Part shown: in pieces, positions 1-9,900 of the stretch
Position numbering within the stretch: the stretch's first letter is position 1
Layout of the letters: every line of letters begins with the position of its first letter
Sequence record: SRR31156797_4163
Strand: one strand, 5' to 3'
DNA: 34,344 nucleotides
Notes under the pieces: model-generated
What the model was told of the DNA's origin: nothing
What the model saw: the letters and a program-made list of their open reading frames with translations, nothing else
Database searches by the model: none
Translations under genes and position numbers: made by a program

Positions 1-29
1 TTTGGGTGTGTATTTGAAAGATAAAGATT

Positions 30-57
30 AAGGCTGCGCTATATGCGTAGTCTTTTG
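30..57 (+). terminator. Probable intrinsic terminator of an upstream gene outside the window
   Basis: AGGCTGCGC-tatat-GCGTAGTCT stem (two G-U pairs) followed by a T run. Confidence 0.5.
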
Positions 58-140
58 CTATATAAAACTGTATCCAACTATCTTTACTATCTGATTCAGT
101 ATAAATCTGCTATAAATCCATAAATAAAAACCAATTGTAA

Positions 141-169
141 TTTACATATACCAATAACATTGTTATAAT
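141..169 (+). promoter_or_regulatory. SigA-type promoter for the SH3b gene
   Basis: TTTACA (141-146), 17-nt spacer, TATAAT (164-169) with extended -10 TG at 161-162; ATG at 205. Confidence 0.55.
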
Positions 170-204
170 ATACCATATAGAATAATTATAGGTGTGTTAT
201 TGTA

Positions 205-884
205 ATGAGTGAAAAAGGAAAAAATAATATTAAAATCGTCAAATTGTAATTATCGCAATGCTAAGTGTTATTCTAGTTTTTCTTTTACTAATAGTTCTTA
301 GCTTCTTTGATAACGGTGTAACCACACTCGATAATGAAGTTGTAGTGCAAAGTACACCTACTGCCTATGAACTTGATTACACCGATTCTATTGAGGAAAT
401 AGTGATTAAATCATACAATAATAATACCGAAGAACCTACTGAAAAACCTACACCAAATGTAACTAATACCCCAGACAATAGACAAACAGCATGGATTAAT
501 GTTGATTATTTAAAAATTCGTACACAACCTAATACTGATTCCACTGCAATTGGTAAAATACTATATGGTGAAGCTTTAAATGGTATCTATGAATAGGATT
601 GGATGTACACTTAATATAATGGAGTTGTAGGATACATTTACTCTGGAAAAGTTGATTCTGGTCGCTCCTGTATTGTAAATAGTTCTAGTGTCCTGATTCC
701 ATTATTCATATCAACTCCAAAAATTACAATAAATAATAGCGAAACTGTATATGTGTACATAACAAAAACAGGCAGTAAGTATCATAGAAGTTCGTGCGGT
801 TATTTACATTCAAGTAAAATAGAATTTACATTGGAATATGCAATAAGTCATGGTTATACTCCGTGTTCAAGATGCAAGCCATAA
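205..884 (+). pseudogene. Disrupted membrane-anchored protein: TM helix, PT-rich linker, SH3b domain, C-terminal Ada-like Cys/His metal-binding domain
   Basis: ATG 205 (after AGGTG) needs one extra A near 232-235 to join ORF 258-596. The same frame continues past TAG 594-596 and TAA 612-614 as DWMYT*YNGVVGYIYS (completing SH3b) and VYITKTGSKYHRSSCGYL...GYTPCSRCKP* ending at 884. Confidence 0.85.
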
Positions 885-1164
885 ATTTAAAGCCACTAGT
901 AACTAACTGTATTGAATTATGTGATCATTTACATACCTATGTAGATTCATTAATAGATGAAGTTATAATAAAACTTACTAGATGTAGAGAAATAAAGAGT
1001 ATCACAGGAGTATTTTCTGAAACAGAATTAATAATTTATGAAATTAATTAAAAGTTAAGCTATCACATAATACCGAGCAATAGCTTATATGATTTTCCCC
1101 TTTAAATAGGGCTGTTTTTATATTTAGTTATTATTTTACAACGCTTACTTTGGTGCTGCATGTG

Positions 1165-1536
1165 TTAGTAGTGTTCCATAAATGTTCCATCATTATTAAT
1201 CTCAATTGATATTAAATCTGACAATTTAATTAGCTTTGAAGTAATACTGTCAAATTGATTATCTTCAATAATCATTAGTTCATTTAAAGTTTTTATTAAT
1301 GTTATATTTTTTTTAATCCTAGAATTTACAGTATTCATCAACGATAGATATTCTTCTCTTATACTAGCCTGAAATGTTTCATTTATGTATAGCTGAATAT
1401 TAATACCATTCTGTAGTAATAATTTAGACCATGTATACTCATTTTTATTTTTTTCAATATTCTTATATATACTTATTGATAATATGGCTATTTCTATACT
1501 TAAATTGTATATTTTCCCATTTTTAGTATTTACCAT
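1165..1536 (-). CDS. Divergent four-helix-bundle protein (23S rRNA IVP / TIGR02436-like)
   Basis: 123 aa with RBS AAGGAGG. The pattern S..IAI....IYK.I..K.EY..SK.LL..G..I...I.E...A....EY resembles the family consensus. Confidence 0.6.
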   Translation of the reverse strand: MVNTKNGKIYNLSIEIAILSISIYKNIEKNKNEYTWSKLLLQNGINIQLYINETFQASIREEYLSLMNTVNSRIKKNITLIKTLNELMIIEDNQFDSITSKLIKLSDLISIEINNDGTFMEHY

Positions 1537-1549
1537 TGCACCCTCCTTT

Positions 1550-1588
1550 AAAACAAGACAGACAAATATTGATGCCTGTCCTGTTTTT
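1550..1588 (-). terminator. Intrinsic terminator after the secreted protein gene
   Basis: Minus strand AAAACAGGACAGGCA-loop-TGTCTGTCTTGTTTT, ending directly before the RBS of the next gene. Confidence 0.65.
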
Positions 1589-1625
1589 ACTTGTCATGTA
1601 AACTCAAATGTATTTATACAGTAAA

Positions 1626-2048
1626 TTAATAATACTCAGTATCAATATCATACACTCTTTCAGAACTTGACCCTGAGTATGCATAGTAGTATACCTTCCA
1701 TCTGTACTGATAGCCGCTAGTCACATAATACTCCTCGTACATATATCCATATGTACCTGAGGTACTCTTAGTCCAATGCTTGACTGTTGACCAGGATCCA
1801 TTAACATATTTTTGTAAGTACCCTGATATTTTTACACTATCCACACTCGAATAACAATCAACATCACCATAACAACACGCTTTTCCAATAGCGTTAATTT
1901 CTAAATTAGTAGCCGTGGAGCTTATATACGTTAATTTTGCACCTGGATTAATTATCTTTTCTTCATCGCTGGTATCTGCATATGCCATGGTTAATAGTGA
2001 TAAAAGTAGAGTTAGTGTTAGGACGATGGATAAAATTTTCTTTAACAT
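1626..2048 (-). CDS. Secreted Tyr/Ser-rich hypothetical protein, probable ECF target
   Basis: 140 aa. Signal peptide MLKK + hydrophobic stretch + AYA cleavage motif, RBS GAGG, and a mature part that looks beta-rich. Confidence 0.8.
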   Translation of the reverse strand: MLKKILSIVLTLTLLLSLLTMAYADTSDEEKIINPGAKLTYISSTATNLEINAIGKACCYGDVDCYSSVDSVKISGYLQKYVNGSWSTVKHWTKSTSGTYGYMYEEYYVTSGYQYRWKVYYYAYSGSSSERVYDIDTEYY

Positions 2049-2076
2049 AAAAAAATCCTCTCATATTCTTTGTTAC

Positions 2077-2110
2077 TAAAACAAACAAATCAGAGAGGGT
2101 TTTGTGACAC
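2077..2110 (-). promoter_or_regulatory. Candidate ECF sigma promoter
   Basis: Minus strand TGTCACA (2109-2103), then GTTTGT/TGTTTT about 17-20 nt downstream, between the anti-sigma and the secreted gene. Confidence 0.45.
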
Positions 2111-2120
2111 GATATTTTTA

Positions 2121-2822
2121 TTATTTAATTAGACTCTCAGCAATCAAGATAGTATCTTCTAAACTTGCTTCGGATTTTATTCTATATGTAAAGTTATCAT
2201 AGAAAAATATTATTATATTTTTATTATCTTGCTCACACAAATAACCCTTTAAGTTTTTAATCTTTATTTCAGAAAATTCGTTATCTTCACTATCAATAAT
2301 TAAAGCAATGTCCCCGGTAAATCTGCTAAATGTAATTATCTTTCCTAGAGGATTATTATATTCAATAAGTAGACTAATATCTGTATCTATAATATTGTAT
2401 ATTTCATAACCATCAGGAGTAAATTCGGGAGCACCCTCTATAACCTCATTATTTTCAAAATACGATTCGGTATCAATGCTTGTATACTCGTCTGTTTTTT
2501 CCACAATATAATTTGTTATTCTTACCCGTATTTCTGGGACTGTAAAAGCCACTAGTGTTAGTACCGTAAAAAGCATACATATTATCGCAGCTGCCCTAAA
2601 GCTAAATATACCGAACTTTTTCCATGCTTCATCATATGAATTTGATTCAGCTCTATTAGCTTGTTTTAAGATTCTTTTCATTTTTTTATTATGATTATCG
2701 GAAAATTCATACGCCTCTTCCAATTCCTCTATTGTCGGGTATTGATTTATCATATTATCAATTTCTTGATCAGAGGCTTGCTTAAACATTTCATCAATAT
2801 GTTCTCTATTACTTTTTTTCAT
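2121..2822 (-). CDS. Anti-sigma factor-like protein, DUF4367-type
   Basis: Cytoplasmic N-terminus with FS..H..KM..I motif, one TM helix (AAAIICMLFTVLTLVAF), extracellular P..P.GY domain; overlaps the sigma gene end. Confidence 0.8.
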   Translation of the reverse strand: MKKSNREHIDEMFKQASDQEIDNMINQYPTIEELEEAYEFSDNHNKKMKRILKQANRAESNSYDEAWKKFGIFSFRAAAIICMLFTVLTLVAFTVPEIRVRITNYIVEKTDEYTSIDTESYFENNEVIEGAPEFTPDGYEIYNIIDTDISLLIEYNNPLGKIITFSRFTGDIALIIDSEDNEFSEIKIKNLKGYLCEQDNKNIIIFFYDNFTYRIKSEASLEDTILIAESLIK

Positions 2823-3366
2823 GAACTCGCCCCCTATTTACAGCTTTACTTAAAATAGATTTTCTTGCTCTTTCACATCTCTTACGTGCTGTTGCTTCTT
2901 TTATATTCATATGATTAGCTATTTCTTTATATGAATAGCCAAAATGGTACTTTAATAGTATTATATTGCGGTCATCTTCATTGATTAACTTCATATGGGA
3001 TAATATATCTTCATAAGTAATTCTGTCAACTACTATATCATCAATAGATTTAGCATCTGATACCATATACTCTAGGACATCTGCTGAATCATGTTTTCTT
3101 CTCTTCTCATATTTGAGTTTATTAAGAGCATATCTTTTTACGACTACAATAACTAAGCCATATGTCCTTTTACTATCTATTTCCTCAATATCATTAATAA
3201 CTTTGAAGAGTGATATCATGCTATCTTGTACAGTTTCCTCAGCTAAATTCTTATCTTTAAGTATATCTAACGCTATATACATCATCAAATTCTTATAATG
3301 ATTATATAATCTTTCAAGTTTATTTTTTTCTTGCTCATCAAGAACGCTCAGTAGAAATAAAAACAA
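2809..3366 (-). CDS. ECF RNA polymerase sigma-70 factor
   Basis: TTG start with AGGAG RBS. Region 2 (LAEETVQDSMI) and region 4 HTH (GYSYKEIANHMNIKEATARKRCERAR). Confidence 0.93.
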   Translation of the reverse strand: MFLFLLSVLDEQEKNKLERLYNHYKNLMMYIALDILKDKNLAEETVQDSMISLFKVINDIEEIDSKRTYGLVIVVVKRYALNKLKYEKRRKHDSADVLEYMVSDAKSIDDIVVDRITYEDILSHMKLINEDDRNIILLKYHFGYSYKEIANHMNIKEATARKRCERARKSILSKAVNRGRVHEKK

Positions 3367-3394
3367 GTGATTCTCCTAAATAAATAGTATATGA

Positions 3395-3424
3395 ATTGTA
3401 CCATAAGTTGTATATAATTGTCGA
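3395..3424 (-). promoter_or_regulatory. SigA-type promoter of the ECF operon
   Basis: Minus strand TCGACA, 18 nt, TACAAT with extended -10 TG. Confidence 0.55.
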
Positions 3425-3439
3425 AAAAAATGAAAACAT

Positions 3440-3645
3440 AAAGAAAGGCAGAGTATCTCTACCCTGCCCATCCGAAAGAAAAATACAATGAAATTTACAC
3501 GATTAGAGATATTACCTCCGCTCGTGTACATAAAAAGCACCCAGGTTATACCCCAGATGCTTTGTTACGCCAAAAGAGTGATTATTTAATATCACTCTTT
3601 TTTAGTATTAAGAATTGCTCAGCATGTCAGTATCATGGATGCCAA
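3440..3645 (-). ncRNA. Candidate structured RNA with four tandem hairpins
   Basis: Hairpins at 3572-3601, 3534-3563, 3496-3528 and 3447-3468. G-U pairs favour the minus strand, the last hairpin has a GAGA tetraloop and U tail, and TGcTAGAAT lies upstream at about 3658-3650. Confidence 0.45.
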
Positions 3646-3958
3646 TACCATTCTAGCAAAATATTGTAATCATTTTCTTGATTTATTCTTAAGATGAAAA
3701 ATAACTTATTTATCTAATACACTTTAAATACAAAAATATTTATTCACTAAATTTCACAGCTTAATTGCATTATAACCATTTATATTGTTTTATTACCCTT
3801 TACCATTATTACATTTAAATGTTAAAACAAAGAAAAAATATATGATTATTAATTCATTAATAGTATAATACTGTTTGATAAAACACTAAATTGATTATTA
3901 GTTAATATAAAGGTATTTTGTTTGAAATAGCTTTAGGGTTTTGGGAGGCATTACAATT

Positions 3959-6900
3959 ATGGATAAAAAAAATATAAAGAATTACATGAATATTTATAAT
4001 AAAATTATTGACAAGGAAACACTTTCAAAAATTGATTACACTGATGCTGTTAAAGTCTACAATTGTACAATAATGAAAGATGAAGAAGATACCCTTATAT
4101 GCAGACAGGATTTTATGGATTTATTTGATATTAATGAGTATATTAAATTTAAAAACGATTTTTATTATATTAGCATCGAGAATCACTTGTTCAATTCACT
4201 TGACGTTTCAAGCTATTATTCATTGAAAAATAAAATCAATCACACACTTAATGGCTCTGAGGTAAACAGCAAATTCTCTATAACTATTAACAAACGGACT
4301 GATGAAAGTACCTGCTACTACAATTGGCATCTTTACAAGCAGGAAGATGGTAGTATTAGAGTAATACTTATTGATATAACAACTACATATTCTCATATTA
4401 CACAAGCTGACACATTATCTTTTATGATTAATCAAGCGGCTATATCAGGAGATGTAGGATGCTGGGTTACTTTTTATGACGCTGAACCTCCTATATGCTG
4501 GGCTACTGATAGCACAGTTAAATTAATGAATATAACTCCCAATGAAAGCATGATTTACGACTATTCAAAATGGCAGAATATAATAAAAAAGTCAATCGGT
4601 GAGGAAAAATATAAAGAATTTCAGCATAGCATAGAAAACAACGATGAGCCCGTAGCTATAAAATATATGATAACTGATGATAATGACAATGAACAATGGT
4701 TTTTGATGAAAGCTAGTAATTACATAAGAAATAAATCAGGTAAAATAAAAAGGCTGTACGGTACTATAACAAATATTACTGAACAATTACAGTGTGAAAA
4801 TGAATTTGGGAACCTTGCCTACCTTTTTAATGAAACATCAAAATCCGGCAATATAGGAGCTTGGGTACTTGATTTTGAAAAACATCCTGGCTATTTCTGG
4901 GGAACTGATACTATAGCAAAAATGGTCAATATAACTCCTAACGAAAATATGTTATATTCTGTAGATTTGGTTAAAGACATACTGCTGGATAATATGGGAG
5001 AAGAATTATTCAACGACTTAATTAGAATAATAAATGATGCAATATCAGGTAATACAGAAAATTATGATATGAAGCACTATCTTTACAATTCAATGGGAGA
5101 AATGAGATGGTATCGCTCAAAAAGTTATAATATTGAAAGAGACAGTACTGGTAAAGCTGTCAGAATGTATGGCGTGTTGATTGATATTGATGAACAAATT
5201 AAAAATGAAATCGAATTAAAGGAATTAACTGAAATTCTTGATACAACTATGAAATCTGGTAATGTAGGCGCTTGGGTACTGGATTACTCCAGACTGGAAG
5301 ACAGCAGATTATGGGCTTCTGAAGTTACTGCATTCATGTGCGGATTTGAGCCAAACAGCACTATGCTATTTAATCCTCAGGATATTATCAAGAATTTCAA
5401 CTCTACGATGAAAAAAAACTCTTTAATTGAAAGTTCTAATCAAAAGCCAATAAATGAATTTGAATATAATCATCTTTATAAATTAACTAATACAGAAGGT
5501 GAAATGAAATGGTATAGTTCTGTAAGTCAGAACATTACAAAAGATAAAAATGGTAATATTAAGAAAGTATACGGTGTATTAATAGATGTAGACGAACAAA
5601 TAAATAGACAAAAACAATTAGAAGTTACTACATCTATCAGAAAAACCCTTCAAAACTTATCAACTCATTATATAAATGTTGATTTAAGCACTTTAGACTA
5701 TAATATGAATCAAGCTCTTTTCGAGATAAGCTCAGCTGTTGGTGTGGATAGAGCATATATATATGATTATTGTTCAGAAAACAATATATGCATAAAAAAA
5801 TATGAATGGTGCAACCCTAATACAAAGCCTATTAGCGACATATATAAAAAAGTTTCCATGATACCTTTTGTTAAGGGTATTTCAAAAATCAAGAATACTC
5901 CAGGTTCATACATCTTCAATAATGTAGAATGTGTTAAAGATAACAATTATAGACATTTGCTTAATAGCAGTGGTATCAAGAGTGTTGCCTTGTTTCCTGT
6001 ATTCTTTGATAGCAAGCTGTATGGTTTTATTGGATATGATGCAATTAATTCATTTCATAATTTCTCTGAAGAAGAAATTTTGCTACTTGAATCCTTTGCA
6101 GGTATATATTCAAATATAGTCAGTAGGATTAAATCCGAAGAAATGCTTCTTCAAGGCAGAAAAAGGCTGAAGTTATCAACTCAAGCAGCAAAGATAGCAT
6201 ATTGGGAATGGGATTTACTAAAAAATACAGCAATCTCTGATGTACAGTACTACAATATTATGGGTGTAGAATGTGATGATTCAAACCCTAATTTCTGGAA
6301 TAAATACATTCACCCAGATGACATTGATTGCTTTTTCCAGGCTGTTGACAGGCACTTAAGCGGACAAGCTGAGCTTTATGAAACTACATTTAGATTCTAT
6401 AATCCTGTTAAATCAGAGTATATTTGGGTAAAAGAAACCGGCAAAATTGTATCTTGGACATCTGACGGAGAACCATCAGTTATTGCTGGAATAAGTCAGG
6501 ATATTACAAATATAAAAATAACAGAAGAAGTAGCACGAAAAACTACAAAAAAACTGCAATTAGCTACTGAGAGTGCAAATATCGTTACTTGGGAATATAA
6601 TATTGCCACAGATACTGGTTATTTATCTGAAAGACTTATTGATGAATATGGTGGTGAAACGGTTCAAAATAACTTTCTGAATTTTCTGAACAAACGTATA
6701 CACCCTGAAGACTACAGTGTATATATAAAATCATATAACGACTATATATCAGGTAACAGTGACACAATAAACAGCGAATACCGGATTATAGCAAATGACG
6801 GAAATTACAAATGGGTTTTGTCATCTGGAAAAGCTGCAGAGTTTGATAACGATGGTAATCCTCTGGTAATTACTGGTATATTAATGAATTTGGATGAAAA

Positions 6901-9900
6901 GAAAAGGTATGAGCTTGAGCTAATTAATAAAGAGCGTAACTGGAGCAATCTCTATAATAGTACAAAAAAGGGTATGATAATATTAGACATGGATTCAAAT
7001 ATCATTATAAATGTCAATCCGGCACTTGTCAGTATATTGGGAGCAAATAACTCAAATGATTTTATCGGAAAGCCATTTGATATTTTTTCTCCTAAATATC
7101 ATAGTGATAAAGCTGACAATATAGACTACATTAAATCACAAAAAGATACATTTGAAAAAGATGGATTCATCGAACTTGAAATAACATACAAAAAGTCTGA
7201 TGACGAAACAATTATCTTAGAAACTGAATCAGTTAAAACTATTTATAGCGGTAAATTCGTTTCACTAATCACAATAACAGATATTACAGAAAGCAAACAT
7301 CAACGTGAGCTAGTTGAACAATCTGAAAGAAAACTAAAAATCACAACACAAATCGCTAATATTGCTTACTGGGAGTATAATTGTATTGACGATACTTCAA
7401 ACATTGGCAATATGTACGAAAATATAATGGGTTTTAATCCAATGATTAAAGGAGTTGATACCTGGGAAACAAATATACATCCTGATGATAAAGATTATGT
7501 ACTGAAAGAAAACCATGACCACAGAAAGGGATTAGCTCCTCTATACTCTGCGACTTACAGATTCTACAACTCTGCTAAGAAAGAGTATATATGGGTCAAA
7601 GATACTGGTATGGTCGATACATACGATGATGACGGAAATCCTCATATAATGATAGGCATCAGTCAAGATATTACAGCTACGAAATTAATTGAAGAGGAAA
7701 TAAAGCGAACTGCACAAAAATTGCGTATGGCAACCGAGAGTACAAATACTATTACATGGGAATGGGATATTGAATCTGATACAATTAATGCACTTCAAAA
7801 AGATGATTTTTTTACAGAAATCACTCCATCAATTAGTAATGCTCGTGAATGTACAATTGAACATATTCATCCGGATGATGTCCAAGATTTCTTATCTGCT
7901 CTGAATATACATTTTGATAATACATCAAGTATACTGCGATGTGAGCTTAGATATCGTTATTCTCATTCCAAAGAATATATCTGGGTCTATATTGCAGGCA
8001 GGATAAACAAAACCGACATCGATGGTAATCCCCTCTCTATGACCGGTATAATGATGGATATAGATGAAAAGAAACAAAACGAACTTATGATACAGATTAG
8101 AGAGAAGGACTTGTTTAATATATATAATACAGCATCTAACGGTATCCTAATCCTTGAAGCAGATACGCTTAATATTGTAGATATTAATCCTGCTGGAATG
8201 TCAATATTTGATACAGCTGATAAATCACTCTTTATTGGAAAGGAATCTTTAGTACTATCTCCTAAGCTGCAGCATGATGGCAGAGATAGCTCTCATGTTT
8301 TAGAGGAAGCAATTACAGCTGCAGATAAAGAAGGCTCATATACCTACGAATTCACATACTTAACAGTTAATGGTTTAGAAGTAATCTGTGAAATACAATT
8401 AGTAATATCTGAATATCAAAATAAACCTGCATACATTTCATCATTTATTGACATTACTACACGAAAACTAGATGATATGAGAATGAAATCATTATTAAAA
8501 ATTGCAGATTATGAAATAAAATCTATTGATGAGTTTACATTTTTTACAATGAGAGAAGCTCTTGGTTTGTTTCAATGCAATATTATGTTTGTCTTTTACT
8601 ATGATAAAGAAACAGACAGTCTACTGCTAGATTCAATTGGAAGAGTTGACTTGTATGAGCCATTTTTCTCCCATGGATGCAAAACATGCCCTCTTACAAA
8701 AGAAAAAATTATATTAAAGGCCGTAGATACTCGTACACCTATATACGACAATAATTATAATAGTAAAATTAAATGCATCAAGGATATGCCCTTAGGGAAC
8801 ATGATTATACAAAACATTCTAACTATTCCTATCTTATATCAAGGCGAACTAATCGGTATGTATGCAATAGCAAATAGTAAACGTCCATTTACGGAAGATA
8901 CAGCTAATCAATTAAAGATGTTCTCTGACTCTGTATATAAAAAGATTATGCTCTTTAAGAATACACAACAAATAATAGAAGCAAAAGAATCAGCAGAAAA
9001 GGCTGCTACTGTTAAAACAAAATTCCTTGCTAATATGAGTCATGAAATCAGAACTCCCATTAATGCTGTAATCGGTCTAAACGAATTGCTCAAAAGTACA
9101 AATCTAACATACCAGCAAAACGATTATGTAGAGAAAATTACCAATTCTGCAAAAAATCTTTTAGGTATTATTAATGATATTTTAGATTTCTCAAAGATGG
9201 AATCTGAGAAACTGATAATTGAACATACTTCGCTTAATCTTAATACGGTTTTGGATGATGTATATACTCTGTTTTCTAATAAGGCTATCGAGAAAAATCT
9301 AGAACTTATTATAAATAAAGATATGAATGTGCCTGTTTATTTATTAGGAGATCCATTAAGATTAGCACAAATTCTTATAAACCTCACAAGTAATGCAATT
9401 AAATTTACTGACGGCGGTGAAGTTATTATAAGTGTTGAGCTGGTAAAAAGCGATGATGACCAAGCGATACTAAAATTTATAATTACTGACAATGGTATTG
9501 GTATGAAACAGGAACAAGCGGATAATTTATTTCAAGCATTTGAACAGGCAGACTCCTCTACAACAAGGAAGTATGGCGGTACTGGGCTAGGTCTGTCTAT
9601 CACCAAAAATATAGTAGATTTAATGAATGGCACAATCTCTGTAAGCACTGAGTATGCAAAGGGAAGTGAATTCTCTGTCACTCTGACTTTTGATATTGAC
9701 AAAGATACAAAGATACGTGAGTCAAAAAAGAACAATGAAGCCGAAATCATGAATAGTCTAGAAGCAATAAAAGGTGCAAGAGTACTGATTGTTGATGATA
9801 ATGAATTAAATCAACAGATTGTTACCGAATTGCTTGAATCTGTAGACTTTGTTGTAGATGCTGCAAGCGACGGCATTGAGTCTATAGAAAAACTTGAAAA

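Noticed and set aside
100..125. TATAAATC direct repeat at 11-bp spacing upstream of the first promoter
   Set aside because: Only two exact copies of an AT-rich octamer; cannot be separated from chance.
594..614. Stop-codon recoding (pyrrolysine or alternative genetic code) in the SH3b gene
   Set aside because: Both TAG and TAA interrupt the frame, a frameshift is also present, and TAG terminates normal genes elsewhere in the window.
863..1051. 62-aa ORF with a faint Lrp/AsnC-like C-terminus
   Set aside because: The GTG start overlaps the pseudogene end, there is no RBS, and the similarity is too weak.
1165..1536. Four-helix bundle as a DGR Avd protein or a 23S intervening sequence
   Set aside because: No reverse transcriptase, template/variable repeat pair or rRNA was seen in the window.
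3440..3605. Hairpin cluster as a CRISPR array, T-box or known riboswitch
   Set aside because: The stems share no repeated sequence, and I could not find T-box, c-di-GMP, SAM, TPP or cobalamin signature motifs.
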